Source: an uncultured Verrucomicrobiae bacterium | Lineage (GTDB): Bacteria > Verrucomicrobiota > Verrucomicrobiia > Opitutales > JABDGR01 | Length of the DNA: 64,000 bases | Assembly (NCBI GenBank): GCA_963765205.1 | Contig: CAVXVB010000002.1 | Location: 96,001 to 160,000 of the forward strand | Direction of reading: 5' to 3' | Part shown: in pieces, positions 1-11,113 of the stretch | How the letters are laid out: each line of letters starts with the position of its first letter | Numbering within the stretch: the stretch's first letter is position 1 | Notes under the pieces: model-generated | Told to the model about the DNA's origin: nothing | What the model saw: the letters and a program-made list of their open reading frames with translations, nothing else | The model's database searches: none | Translations under genes and position numbers: made by a program

Positions 1-1
1 C

Positions 2-1318
2 CTCGATTTCGACGAAGACCTGTTTAGCCACGGCGTGCTGCGCGTGACGCTCGCGCCCGGCCAGAGCCTCGGCGTCATCGTCTCGCTCGACTTGCCAACC
101 GGGCGCGAGGGGGCAGCGCTGCTCGCCGCCGAGGCTGCCCGGCGCGAGGCCGTGGTCGCCGCCGCGGGTTTCACTGGCGAAGTCGAACGCCAACTCGTGC
201 TCGCCGCCGACCAATTCATTGTTCGCCGCGGCGCCAATTTGCATACGATTATCGCGGGCTACCATTGGTTTGGCGATTGGGGGCGCGACACGATGATCGC
301 GCTGCCCGGCCTGTGCCTCGCCACCAAGCGCTTCGCCGAGGCGCGCGAAATTCTCCGTGCCTTCGCCCAGGCGGAGAGCGAAGGGATGCTGCCCAACAAT
401 TTCCCCGACGATGGCGGGCCGCCCGCCTACAACACCGCCGACGCCGCGCTCTGGTTTTTCGTCGCCGTGCGCGCCTACCTGCTCGCCACCGGCGACGAAA
501 AATTTGTGCGCGCGGAGATTCTGCCCGTGCTCGAAGACATCCTCGCCTGGCACGACAAGGGCACGCGCCACCACATCCATTGCGGCGACGACGGCCTGCT
601 CTTTGCCGGCGAGCCGGGCGTGCAGCTCACCTGGATGGATGCCAAAGTCGGCGACTGGGTCGTGACGCCGCGCATCGGCCAGCCCGTCGAAATCAACGCC
701 CTCTGGTATAACGCGCTGGTGATTCTTGCCGAGTTGCGCGAGCGCTTTGCCCAGTCCGGCGCGGACGACCTCGCCGCGCGCGCCCTGGCCGTGAAGGACC
801 GTTTCGTCGAAACTTTTTGGAACAGCAAGGCCGGGTATCTTTACGATGTGGTCAACGGCGTGGACCGGGATCCGTCGTTGCGCCCGAATCAATTGTTCGC
901 GTTGAGCCTCCCGCACGAACTGCTGCCGCCCAGCCAGGCCCTGCGCGTGCTCAAGGCCGTCGAGCAAAAGCTCCTCACGCCCGTCGGCCTGCGCTCGCTC
1001 GCGCCCGGTTCGCCCGGCTACCGTCCGCGCTACGAAGGGAATGTTCATCAACGTGATGGCGCGTATCACCAAGGCACCGTCTGGGGCTGGCTGCTCGGCC
1101 CGTATATCACCGCGCTCGTGCGCCTGCGCGGCGCTTCCGGTGTCGAACGCGCCCGCGCGCTGGTGGACAACCTCCGCGCGCGCCTCGGCGAAGCCGGCCT
1201 CGGCACGCTCTCTGAAATCTACGATGGCGACCTGCCCAACACCCCGCGCGGCTGCATCGCCCAGGCCTGGAGCGTCGGCGAAATTTTGCGCGTCTGCCGC
1301 GAGGACTTGAGCGAGTAA
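2..1318 (+). CDS. Glycogen debranching enzyme / amylo-alpha-1,6-glucosidase (5' partial)
   Basis: Motifs IIAGYHWFGDWGRDTMI, YNTADA, QLTWMDAK, YHQGTVW, GCIAQAWS; frame is open from the window start. Confidence 0.92.
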   Translation, partial: LDFDEDLFSHGVLRVTLAPGQSLGVIVSLDLPTGREGAALLAAEAARREAVVAAAGFTGEVERQLVLAADQFIVRRGANLHTIIAGYHWFGDWGRDTMIALPGLCLATKRFAEAREILRAFAQAESEGMLPNNFPDDGGPPAYNTADAALWFFVAVRAYLLATGDEKFVRAEILPVLEDILAWHDKGTRHHIHCGDDGLLFAGEPGVQLTWMDAKVGDWVVTPRIGQPVEINALWYNALVILAELRERFAQSGADDLAARALAVKDRFVETFWNSKAGYLYDVVNGVDRDPSLRPNQLFALSLPHELLPPSQALRVLKAVEQKLLTPVGLRSLAPGSPGYRPRYEGNVHQRDGAYHQGTVWGWLLGPYITALVRLRGASGVERARALVDNLRARLGEAGLGTLSEIYDGDLPNTPRGCIAQAWSVGEILRVCREDLSE

Positions 1319-1321
1319 CCG

Positions 1322-2323
1322 CTATTTGGCCGCCGTGCGCACCTGCTCGCGCATGGCTGCCTTTAGTTCGTCCAGGCCCTCGCCGCTCAGGCAGGAGATT
1401 TTGAAAACCGCCACTTTTTTGAATTTCTTTTTGAAGCGTTTCAAGTTGTCCGCCGCGGCAGGCTCGTCCATTTTATTGGCGGCGACCATGACGGGCTTTT
1501 TTAACAGTTCGGGGCTGTAGTTTTCCAATTCGTCGAGCAGGTGCTTGTAATCTTCGAGCGGGTCGCGCGCGTCGGTGCCGGCCATGTCGAGCATGATGAG
1601 CAGCAGGCGGCAGCGTTCGACGTGGCGCAAGAATTCGTGGCCCAGACCGCGGTTTTCGCTCGCGCCTTCCACCAGCCCGGGGATGTCCGCCATCGAAATG
1701 CGCTCATACAGCTCGGGATATTCGATGATGCCGACGTTCGCGTGCAGCGTGGTGAAGGGGTAGGGCGCCATTTTTGGGTGCGCCTTGGTGAGGCAATTCG
1801 TCAGCGACGATTTGCCCGCGTTTGGGTAGCCGACCAGGCCCACGTCCGCGATGGTCTTGAGCACGAGGCGGAAATAGCCCTCCTCGCCGGGGATGCCGGG
1901 GGTGGTTTGCCGCGGCGTGCGGTTGGTCGAGCTTTTGAAATGCAAGTTGCCCAGCCCGCCCTTGCCGCCGTGCAAGAGCACGACGCGCTGCTGGTTCTGC
2001 GTCAATTCCGTCACCACGCGGTCCGTCGCCGTGTCGAAGACGATGGTGCCCAACGGCACGCGCACTTCCAAATCCGCACCGGCATGGCCAAAGCAATCGC
2101 GGCCCGTGCCGTCATCGCCGTTGCGCGCACGCAGGTTCGGGCTGTAGCGGAATTGGGCCAGGTCGCCAACGTTTTCGTCGCCGATGAGCACCACGTCGCC
2201 ACCCTTGCCGCCGTCGCCGCCGTCCGGCCCGCCGAAGGGGACAAATTTTTCGCGGCGAAAGCCCGCGCAGCCATTCCCGCCGCGCCCCGCGCTGAAGTTT
2301 ACTTCTGCTTCGTCAACAAACAT
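1322..2323 (-). CDS. obgE: GTPase Obg/CgtA
   Basis: MFVDEA..GRGGNGC..FRREKFVPFGGPDGGDGG Obg fold; G1 GYPNAGKS, G3 DIPG, G4 NKMD. Confidence 0.97.
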   Translation of the reverse strand: MFVDEAEVNFSAGRGGNGCAGFRREKFVPFGGPDGGDGGKGGDVVLIGDENVGDLAQFRYSPNLRARNGDDGTGRDCFGHAGADLEVRVPLGTIVFDTATDRVVTELTQNQQRVVLLHGGKGGLGNLHFKSSTNRTPRQTTPGIPGEEGYFRLVLKTIADVGLVGYPNAGKSSLTNCLTKAHPKMAPYPFTTLHANVGIIEYPELYERISMADIPGLVEGASENRGLGHEFLRHVERCRLLLIMLDMAGTDARDPLEDYKHLLDELENYSPELLKKPVMVAANKMDEPAAADNLKRFKKKFKKVAVFKISCLSGEGLDELKAAMREQVRTAAK

Positions 2324-2393
2324 AAGGCAGCATGGACGGGGTTTGCGCGGCACGCAAGGCCGGACGCGTGCGACCTGAAATATTCGGCGCAGC

Positions 2394-2918
2394 TTATTTC
2401 GTCGCGGGGGTTGGCGCTGGCGCAGCCAGTTGCATCATGGTGGCGTCTAGCCAAGCTGAAACAATCTTGAACTGCTCAGGCGTCATGCGGGCGTCGGGAT
2501 GCAGGCGCACATAACTTGGCAGCGGCATCCGGCCATCAAGGATGTCGGTTTCCATGTCACCCAGGATTTTGCGTTTGTATTGCACGACGGTTAGCGTCGT
2601 ACCGCCGCTGAATTCCTTCTGTGTGTGTGGTGGCGGTGCGAGGTCGGCCCATTGCGACAAATTCAATTTCCTTCGCCCGTCCTGCACATGATTCGCAATC
2701 CACCACGACACCGGTGCGACGTAGACATACCATGGCCAGCGCGTCTCATCGGAATGGCAGTCGTAGCAGGAGGCGCGCAGAATCGCCTCGACGTCCGGCG
2801 GAGGCTGCAATTTTTTCGCGGGGTCCACCGGCGGATTGGCGCGGTTCACCGGCATGAATTGCAGGCCGCAAAAAACCGCCAGCAGCGAAAGGACCACGCG
2901 CTTGAGCCATTTTTTCAT
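2394..2918 (-). CDS. Heme-binding (Haem_bd-like) cytochrome c protein
   Basis: N-terminal anchor, SCYDCHS..T.WPWY motif, MPL.SY...H. Confidence 0.85.
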   Translation of the reverse strand: MKKWLKRVVLSLLAVFCGLQFMPVNRANPPVDPAKKLQPPPDVEAILRASCYDCHSDETRWPWYVYVAPVSWWIANHVQDGRRKLNLSQWADLAPPPHTQKEFSGGTTLTVVQYKRKILGDMETDILDGRMPLPSYVRLHPDARMTPEQFKIVSAWLDATMMQLAAPAPTPATK

Positions 2919-2946
2919 CGAGCCGAAAATCGGGATCGCGGTTCCA

Positions 2947-3336
2947 TTAAGTCAACATCGGCGCGGCGCGCTTGATGAGTTGCAGGGCGACGTGCCACGG
3001 GTCGCGCAGCATGACGAGTTGGTCGCCGACGGGCGTCATCACCAGGTCATCCGCCACGCGCGCCCCGGCGGCGACGAGGCGGTCGCGGTCGGCGGTGGGG
3101 TTGTCGGACAAAAACGCCAGATGCAACAGCAACGGGTCCAACGCGGCGTAATCGGGCACGGCGACGCGCGGGTTGCGATAAAGCTCAATCATCACCGCGC
3201 CTGCACTGTCCTTGAGAAACCGCATGTGCGCCGGTTCGCCACCCGCCCGTGCCAGCGAGCAGCCAAGGTGCTTGATATACCAATCCGCCATCGCTACCGG
3301 GTCGGCGACTTGAATTGCGAAATGCTCAATTTTCAT
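2947..3336 (-). CDS. VOC/glyoxalase family protein
   Basis: IEHFAIQV..., HLAF, LRDPW metal-binding pattern. Confidence 0.85.
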   Translation of the reverse strand: MKIEHFAIQVADPVAMADWYIKHLGCSLARAGGEPAHMRFLKDSAGAVMIELYRNPRVAVPDYAALDPLLLHLAFLSDNPTADRDRLVAAGARVADDLVMTPVGDQLVMLRDPWHVALQLIKRAAPMLT

Positions 3337-3347
3337 GGGGGGAATTT

Positions 3348-4094
3348 TCAACCCCGGCCCACCAAAGGCATCTTGGTGGCCATGATGGTGGTGAAGGGAA
3401 TGTTGGCCTCAAGCGGCAAACTGGCCAGGTGGAGGACGGTGCTCACGACGTGCCGCGCATCCATCATCGGCTCGGCGAGAATCGAGCCGTCGGCCTGCTT
3501 GACGCCCCGGCCTTGTTTGGCGGAAAGGTCGGTCAAGGCGTTGCCAATGTCAATCTGCGCGCAGGCGATGTCGTATTGGCGCCCGTCGAGGGATAGGCAT
3601 TTGGTCAGCCCGGTGAGGCCGCACTTGCTTGCCGTGTAAGGGGCGTAATCGGGCCGCGGCGCCTGGGCGGAAACGGAGCCGTTGTTGATGATCCGCCCGC
3701 CGCGCGGATCCTGGTCTTTCATCAGCCGGAAGGCCTCCTGCGCGCTCAGAAAGGCACCCGTGAGGTTGGTGTTGATCGTGTCCGTCCATTGCGCGTAGGT
3801 CAGGTTTTCAAACGGAATGTAGGCGGCGGGGTTGATGCCGGCGTTGTTGAACAGCAGATCGAGGCGGCTGAAAACCGCTTTTGTCCGCGCGAAGAGGGCG
3901 CGCACGGAGTCCGGCTGCGTCACGTCAGTGGGCACGGCCAGCGCGCGGGCGCCGGCACCCGATTCAGCGGCGGCCTGCTCGAGCAACGAGGCGCGCCGCC
4001 CGGCCAGCGCCACGCCGTAGCCCTCCCGCAACAAGGCGAGCGCGACGGCCCGCCCGATGCCGCTGCCCGCTCCTGTAACGATGGCGATTTTCAT
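3348..4094 (-). CDS. SDR family oxidoreductase
   Basis: [17 protein letters not shown] catalytic motif. Confidence 0.93.
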   Translation of the reverse strand: MKIAIVTGAGSGIGRAVALALLREGYGVALAGRRASLLEQAAAESGAGARALAVPTDVTQPDSVRALFARTKAVFSRLDLLFNNAGINPAAYIPFENLTYAQWTDTINTNLTGAFLSAQEAFRLMKDQDPRGGRIINNGSVSAQAPRPDYAPYTASKCGLTGLTKCLSLDGRQYDIACAQIDIGNALTDLSAKQGRGVKQADGSILAEPMMDARHVVSTVLHLASLPLEANIPFTTIMATKMPLVGRG

Positions 4095-4166
4095 GGGTAA
4101 AGTAAAACTCCTCCGCAGTTCGCCACAAAGGCGCAAAGAACGCAAAGGGAATTAGAATATGTGTTC

Positions 4167-5967
4167 TTACTGAGGTTTTGTATTAATATCAGCACCCGGC
4201 CAATCGCCGCGGAGCCAGTCGGCGAGGAGGCCGAGGTCGTGCGCGCTGAGGCGGCCGGAGGCGCCGAAGGCGGGCATGCGGTCGTTGTCCTTGCCGTAAA
4301 AGCGCGGGTCGGCGGGGTTGGTGAGGAAGGCGACGAGCCAGTCGTGCGAGCCGTAGCCGGTCAAATCGGGCGCAGTCGCATTGGGGTCGGGTTGGTGGAA
4401 TTGGTGGCAGTCCATACAGGAAATTTCGGCGTTGAGCAAAGGGCGGCCGATGGCGATAGTCGCCGCGTCCGCCTGGTCGGCAGCCTTCTGTGCGGGTAGA
4501 TGCGCTTCGGCGGAAACCGCCATGATGACTTTGTCGAGCTGCGCCTTTTGGCCAGCCGGCAAATCCGTGAGATGGTCATGCACGAATCCCACCATGTCGG
4601 CGTCCTTGAATTTCGTGCCGCCGAAATAATGCAGACTGGCGACCGTCGCCGGGTTCAGCAGCCCGCGGAGCCACGCGCGGCTGGCGAAGCCTTTCAAGTC
4701 GCTGGCGGTTTCCTTGGTATCATCGAGCTTATTGCCCAGACCATCTGTGCCACCGTAGCGGTGGCAACTCGCGCAATTCTGGGCGAACAACTTCGGCCCC
4801 TGGGTGAAGGGATCGTCCGCCAGCAGCGCGAGCGCGCCCTCAGGTGGAATGCCGCCGTTGTTTTGCGTGAGAAATTGCACCCGCGCAGCCGCCTGGTCGG
4901 CCTGCTCGACGGCGACCTGGTAACGCTCGCTGTGCGCGTCTTCGTTCACGGCCAGCCAGGTCAACATTCCCGCGCCGGCGAGCAGCGAGCAGATCAGGCC
5001 GACGTTGAAACGATGTCCGAGCTTCCAGCGGGCCGAGAAACGGCATCAAGAACAAAAAGCCGACGATCAGCACGGGAATGATGATCGCGCCCCAGATTTC
5101 CGTCTGGCCGGGGAAGTATTTCAGAAATTGGTATAAAAATAGAAAATACCATTCCGGGCGCGCGGCGTCGTAAGGCTCGGCGGAGTTGGCCGGCGCGCCC
5201 AGTTCCGCGCCGTGGTAGCGCAGCACGAAAAACAGCACCGTCGCCAGCACCGCCAGGCAGGCCACCGCGTCCTTGAGTACTTGGTCCGGCCAGAACGCCG
5301 CATCCACTTTTTTCAACGGCGTTTTCGGGGTGATGCCATGGCGGCGGAAAAGGTAAATATGCCCGACAATCAGCACCATGATCAACCCCGGCAGGACGCC
5401 GGCGTGGAAGGCCAGGAAGCGCGTCAAGGTCGGCGTGCCAAAATCGCCCCCGCCGACGGCGAGCCGCTGCACCGCCGGCCCGACGACCGGAATGATGCCT
5501 GCGATGTTCGTCACCACCCGCGTCGCCCAATAGCCCTTTTGATCCCACGGCAGCAGGTAGCCTGTCAGCGAAAGCCCGAGCACCAGCAGCAGCAAAACCA
5601 GCCCCGTCCACCAATTCAATTCGCGCGGCGCCTTGTAGGCTCCGTCAATCAATACTTGCATCAAATGCAGCACCAGCAGCACGATCATGGCCTGCGCAGT
5701 GAAATGATGCAGCCCGCGCACAAACCAACCTAGGAACATGTCATTCTGGATGTAATCAACGCTCTCCCACGAGGTCTGCGAACTTGCGCTGTAGGTGAAC
5801 CACAGAAACACGCCGGTGACGAGCTGGATGAAAAGCGCGAAGGTCAGCGTGCTGCCCCAGGCGTAGCGCCAGCGCGCCCCGCCGGGCACGTTTTCGTAAA
5901 GCGCCTCGTGCGTGATTTTGCGGTAGCCCGTGCGCTGGTCGAGCCAGTTCAGAAAGGGTTGGATCAT
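4167..5967 (-). CDS. Cytochrome b6-like subunit fused to diheme cytochrome c (one-base frameshift near 5030)
   Basis: Cytochrome b motifs (RGLHH, GYLLPWDQ, PEWYFLF) then CASCH and CMDCH; removing one C from GGCCCGC gives continuous FLGRWKLGHRFNVG. Confidence 0.9.
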
Positions 5968-6551
5968 GCGCCGAGGGGCACTTTGGCAGCGGCGCCCGCT
6001 TGAAAGTTTTGGTAATGCACCCAGACTTCATTGCCGTTTTGGATGAAGCACTCCAGTTCGTCAAGTCCGCGCGAGGCGGGGCTGCCGGCCCGGGCGATTT
6101 GCCCATCGAGCTGGAACGAACTGTTATGGCAGGGGCAAAAATAACCGGGGCTGGGCGGCGTGTAATCGGGGATTTGCGACACGTATTCCACAAAGCACCC
6201 GGCGTGCGGGCAAGCGACATTGAAGGCCTTGACCGGCGGCTGCGCGCCTCTGGTGCGGATGAGGAACACCGCGCCGATGGCCGTTTCCGGCGTTTTGGTC
6301 CAGCCATTGACCTGGCTGGCGAGAACTTTGAATTGGCGCGGCACACCGTCGTCCGGCAAGGCATCGAGCGTTGTCACCTTCACCTTGATCCCCGCGGTGC
6401 CGCCAGGCTGGGCGCGCAGCAACGGATCCAGATAAAAACCCACGCCCGCCGCCACTGGCACCGCGGTCAAAGCCCCGCCGAGGGCCACGCAACAGGCCTT
6501 TTTGAGGAAATCCCGCCGGTCGGACGGGTTAGGTTTTGGAGAGGCATGCAT
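5964..6551 (-). CDS. Rieske 2Fe-2S protein of a bc complex
   Basis: Tat motif RRDFLK, TM helix, CPHAGC and CPCHNS boxes; ATGA overlap with the cytochrome b gene. Confidence 0.93.
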   Translation of the reverse strand: MHASPKPNPSDRRDFLKKACCVALGGALTAVPVAAGVGFYLDPLLRAQPGGTAGIKVKVTTLDALPDDGVPRQFKVLASQVNGWTKTPETAIGAVFLIRTRGAQPPVKAFNVACPHAGCFVEYVSQIPDYTPPSPGYFCPCHNSSFQLDGQIARAGSPASRGLDELECFIQNGNEVWVHYQNFQAGAAAKVPLGA

Positions 6552-6754
6552 TACTCAGATGGAGGATGAATCACCCATCTAAAAAAAATGTCCGCGTCAA
6601 GGCAATGACGAATGCCTGTCTGCCCCCTATTAATTGTAGGCCCGGGCTTAAGCGTAAGCGCGGCCCACGCGGCGCTCTGCCGCCGGAAGTTAATATATTG
6701 TTGCCGACACTCGTATCTTACTCCTTGCACGGAGTCGGCTGTTGGGCGCCGTTT

Positions 6755-7251
6755 CTATCCGCCCGTAATCGTGCCCGTGCCGGCACTTGTGCCCGACCCG
6801 TTGCTCGGCGCCGCGCCTGAACTGGTGCTTCCACCTGTGACCGTGCCGTTGCTGGCCCCGGTGCCGGATCCCTTGCTCGGCGCCGGTTGGGCTCCGGGGG
6901 TGATCATGGGAGTCGGAGAGGGTTGGTTTGCCGGAGGTGGTTGATTAGCCGGCGGGGGTGGGCGTTCTGGGTGTAAGGAGTCGGTACAACTCCATCAGCC
7001 GTAGCGGGTTGACCGTTTGGAGTGTAAGGGGTCGGTGCGGTCGTGTTTCCCGGCAGCGCAATGCCAGGATTATAATAAGGGTCGGGGCGGGCATGTTCCC
7101 GATGGGCGCGCCGCCGGGATTATAGGGCGTCGGCATTGGCGGCGTCGGTGGGGGGTGAGGTGGCCGGTGTCGCGGCTTGGGCCGCCGCAAACAGGTTGGT
7201 GAAACTGACCAAGGTGACGATTACCGCGGCATAGAGGGGGTTGATTTTCAC
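6755..7251 (-). CDS. Secreted Pro/Gly/Thr-rich low-complexity protein, several frameshifts in C runs
   Basis: GTG start MKINPLYAAVIVTLVSFTNLFAAAQA (signal-like); PTPY repeats in shifting frames; ends GSGTSAGTGTITGG*. Confidence 0.5.
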
Positions 7252-7392
7252 AGGTAAAAATTCGTAGCGGGGAGGTTGGATGATGCCCCGCTCTCAAATA
7301 TTTAACCTAGCCTAACCGTTCGCGCTCGTTTTTGCCATGGGATGCTTGCCCACCATCGGTGCCATTGGGGGGGAGGGCCGAACGGAAGCCAA

Positions 7393-7447
7393 AATCCCAA
7401 AGGGATTTGAATCCATCAGCCCTGGGGTTGCGAGTAACGAGCCACCC
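7393..7447. repeat. REP-like palindromic element, truncated at the IS110 end
   Basis: AATCCCAAAGGGATT palindrome followed by CCCTGGGGTTGCGAGTAACGAGCCACCC. Confidence 0.5.
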
Positions 7448-7796
<349 letters not shown>

Positions 7797-7821
7797 GCGG
7801 TTTTGAGCCCGATGCCCTGCC

Positions 7822-8031
7822 TTGTTGCAACCGCTGCGCGCGCTCGGCTACGCGGTCAACCGGCAGCGCGGTTCGCACGTCCGCGTCACCACGCAACAGG
7901 GCGGCGAACACCACGAGGCCATTCCGAACCACCACCCCATCCGCACCGGCACGCTCTCCGGTATTCTCAAAAGTGTCGCCGCGCATGACGGCCTCACGGT
8001 CGAGGAACTGGTGCAAAAGCTCGGCCTGTAG
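7822..8031 (+). pseudogene. hicA: HicA-family mRNA interferase, N-terminally truncated, no HicB nearby
   Basis: LGY.V.RQRGSHVRV..., IPNH.PIRTGTLSGIL pattern; in-frame stop at 7804 upstream. Confidence 0.75.
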
Positions 8032-8169
8032 CCAGCCTATCGCGTTATATTCGTCTGCCGCCAAAGGGTGAAAATAGCCCTTCCCCTGAGGCCCAAAAAC
8101 CGTAAACTAATGGCGTGTCCGCAACCGCGTAACTCGCTTTGCCCTTATTGGCCTCGGTGCCGAAAAAAC

Positions 8170-9316
8170 ATGCGCCGCCTGTTGTCCATATTTTTGGTTC
8201 TTTGGATGGTATCAGCGCTATCAACCACCCTCCAAGGTATGCCTACGATGCAAGTCGGCAGGCAATTCGCATCATACGTGATGCATAATGGTGGTCTCCG
8301 AGGGACAGACTTGAGCATCTATGACACTAAGCTGGGCTTGTTTGTCCGGTCTACCACCGGATTTGTAGGCGCTTGGAACCACTATGGCTGCTCTTTGAAA
8401 GAAGTTTTCCTCACTCCCGACCCCTTGGGCGTCTTTGGCCCCGACGGCCCCAACGTTTACGCTTATTGCCGACAGAACCCGTGGAACCAACTTTGACCCG
8501 GAGGGGTTGTCCACGGGTCAAGAATATGACGATGACATCTCGAATCTGACTTCGACGGTGAATAATCAAGAGAACCAGATTGCCCAATTGAATGCCCAGG
8601 CCGCAGACGGCACCATCAATCCGCGCGACGCTGGCCTAGCCACTCTGCTGCAAGACAATCTTTCGGGATTGGAAGCCAAGATCGATAAAGACAAGGCGGC
8701 GAAGCAGAACCTAGTGGAGGTGTCCGCGCGATTTAATTCTTTGGCTGCCTTGAGCAATGACCCGGAGCGGCTAAACGCACAAACCCTGAATGACGATGGG
8801 TCGGATGCGGTTTACAACAACGCCAAGACCCTCTACGATAGCACCAATGCTATAGGACAGCAAATCGGGATGATGGTTGGCACTGAGGGTATCGGCACGG
8901 TGGTCAAGGGGATTGACAGCCTCCTTGAGGCCCGGCAGGCCGCGAAGGCGGCAGATGAGGCAGCAGCATTGGAACCATACGGTGGTTCTGGTGGCGGACA
9001 CCATATTCCAGCGAAAAGTGCCTTTACTGGGGCGGCTGGGTATAATGTTAATGAGGCATTAGCGGTTCCAAACGCAGAATTAGCTAGATTGGGTGTTGAT
9101 CATGGCTTAGTATCAGGTGCTCAGCAGACTTTGTATCGGGCGTTTGCTCAAACAGGTCAACCACTCACATGGGATGCAATGCAATCAATCGAGACGCAAG
9201 CGCTTGTTCGTGGCGGTATGAGTCAAGGAACTGCCCAGGCCACTGTTACCAAGGCTATTACTGCACTGAAAGCTGCTGGCGTAACTGGACCCACTCGGAT
9301 ACCATGGGGAGGATAA
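8170..9316 (+). CDS. Signal-peptide mini-Rhs polymorphic toxin (frameshift near 8487)
   Basis: FLTPDPLG..DGPNVYAYCRQNPW(T)NFDPEGL Rhs cleavage motif; C-terminal GGHHIP..H domain of lower GC. Confidence 0.75.
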
Positions 9317-9320
9317 TCAA

Positions 9321-9704
9321 ATGCCAAGTCCTGAAATTAAAGAATTTGCCAAGATACTTGTCCAACAAGTCAGGGATGCTGCTATCCAGAGCGGCGATCG
9401 TCGAACACGCGTAGATGCCATGCATATTGTTGCCAAGCGGTGGAAGGATGCTGCTCGTAATGAAAACCTAGAGCCCATCGCGGATGTCTTAATACCTGAT
9501 ATTGTTGACGACACGGTATTTCATTTGCTTAGGGCGATTGATCAAGGGCTTCTCCGGTTTTCATTTACTGCTTCGAATGGGAAAGTGGTCAATTTGCCAG
9601 AGGATGGACTTGGTGAATTGTCTGGTTGGTATATGGGAAGTGGGGGCTGGCGCGCGATGTATTCTAATGAGCGATTCGTTGATGACTTTTCGGATCTTAA
9701 ATAA
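9321..9704 (+). CDS. Putative immunity protein
   Basis: 127 aa, starts 4 bp after the toxin stop, same lower-GC composition. Confidence 0.7.
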   Translation: MPSPEIKEFAKILVQQVRDAAIQSGDRRTRVDAMHIVAKRWKDAARNENLEPIADVLIPDIVDDTVFHLLRAIDQGLLRFSFTASNGKVVNLPEDGLGELSGWYMGSGGWRAMYSNERFVDDFSDLK

Positions 9705-10132
9705 ATACCCCCGCGCCAACCCCTCGCCCAGCGCATAACGGCGGCTAATAGTTGCGGATAAACCTGGCCCGACTGGTCGCGTCCTGTCTCCGCCTGGCTC
9801 GACTTGGCTAACATTGTCCCGCCGTGGAAAGCATAACCGATTGTAATAAGTGGTCACAGCCGGTTGCGTCGGCGCGTTCCTGGTGGTAAAGGAAGGCGGC
9901 ATGAGGCGATTCCACCACAGCAACGAAGGCACCCGCCCGCGCGCGCCGGAGATGCCGTGCCGCGCTAGCGGCACGGCGTCCCGGCGGGCGGGCGGTTTTA
10001 GTATATGTGCCATATCCCATCATTCCTCCTCCCGAGTAAGCCAGAGTGTACCAGAGCAGGACAAAAACAGATAACCCATTCCACTCCTCCAAAAGAAAAA
10101 AAGGGGCCCGGACAGGGTCAGGTAGCACCTTA

Positions 10133-11014
10133 GAGCTTATCCGTAAATAAGGATTGCGTTGAGAAGGCGGCGGGATAAACTGCGGGGATGCCGCGACTAT
10201 CCTCCTGGGAAATCTCTGATGAATTCTGGGCCAAAGTCGAGCCTTTGGTTCCCGCGCGCGCCGGCCGGAAGGCGGGCGGGCGCTACCGTCGCGCCGCAGG
10301 CGCGGGCCGCAAGGCCCTCGCGCCTCGACGCATCTTCGAGGCGGTGGTTTACGTGCTGCGCACGGGTTGCCAGTGGAAAGCGCTGTCCAAGGCCCGGTAT
10401 GGCAGCGCCAGTTCCGTGCACAAATACTTTCAGCAGTGGCACGCCGCCGGATTCTTCGAGGCGTTGTGGCGGGCCGGTCTGGCCGACTACGATGAATTGG
10501 AGGGCATCGCGTGGCGGTGGCAAAGCATCGATGGCTCCCTGGTCAAGGCCCCTCTGGCGCGCGAAGCGGTGGGAGCCAACCCCACCGACCGGGGAAAAAA
10601 ATGGGAGCAAGCGCAGCGTGCTGGTGGACGCCCGTGGCGTCCCGCTGTCGCTCATCGTCGCCGGGGCCAATGAACACGACGTGACGCTGGTGCGCCGCAC
10701 GTTGCGCCAGCGCCACGACCGGCGCACGGCCCATTTGTGTGCCGACAAGGGTTACTGGGGGAAACCGGGCCTGCGCACCATGCGCCAATACGGCTACCGT
10801 CCGCATGTGCCTGCCCGCGGAGCCAAACCAGCCCCGCGCCGATCCACCGGCCAAGCCCGTCGCTGGGTGGTGGAACGCACCGCTTCCTGGCTCAACCGCT
10901 ACCGCAAACTCCTCGTGCGGTTTGAGAAAACCGCCGCCTCCCACGAAGCCTTGCTCTGTCTCGCCAGCGCGCTTATTGTTTGCAGACGAACAACTTTTAT
11001 TTACGGATAAGCTC
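10133..11014 (+). mobile_element. IS5-family insertion sequence, copy 1 (882 bp); transposase 10188-11010 via -1 frameshift
   Basis: 18-bp TIR GAGCTTATCCGTAAATAA, TA on both flanks; orfA LRTGCQW..., orfB ADKGY and RWVVER..SWL..YR; slippery GGGGAAAAAAATG at 10590-10602. Confidence 0.95.
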
Positions 11015-11113
11015 TAGGTCACCTCAGTGCCTTAGTCCCTTTGTTCCTTCTTTTGGCATCGCCTCGTGGGTCCCAATTCCCACAATGGGCCGCTTCCGGG
11101 CTGCCCCGCTGTC

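Noticed and set aside
10159..11010. 283-aa single-frame IS ORF as the real transposase
   Set aside because: Its first half is off-frame; the transposase is orfA (10188) joined to orfB by a -1 shift at the A7 run
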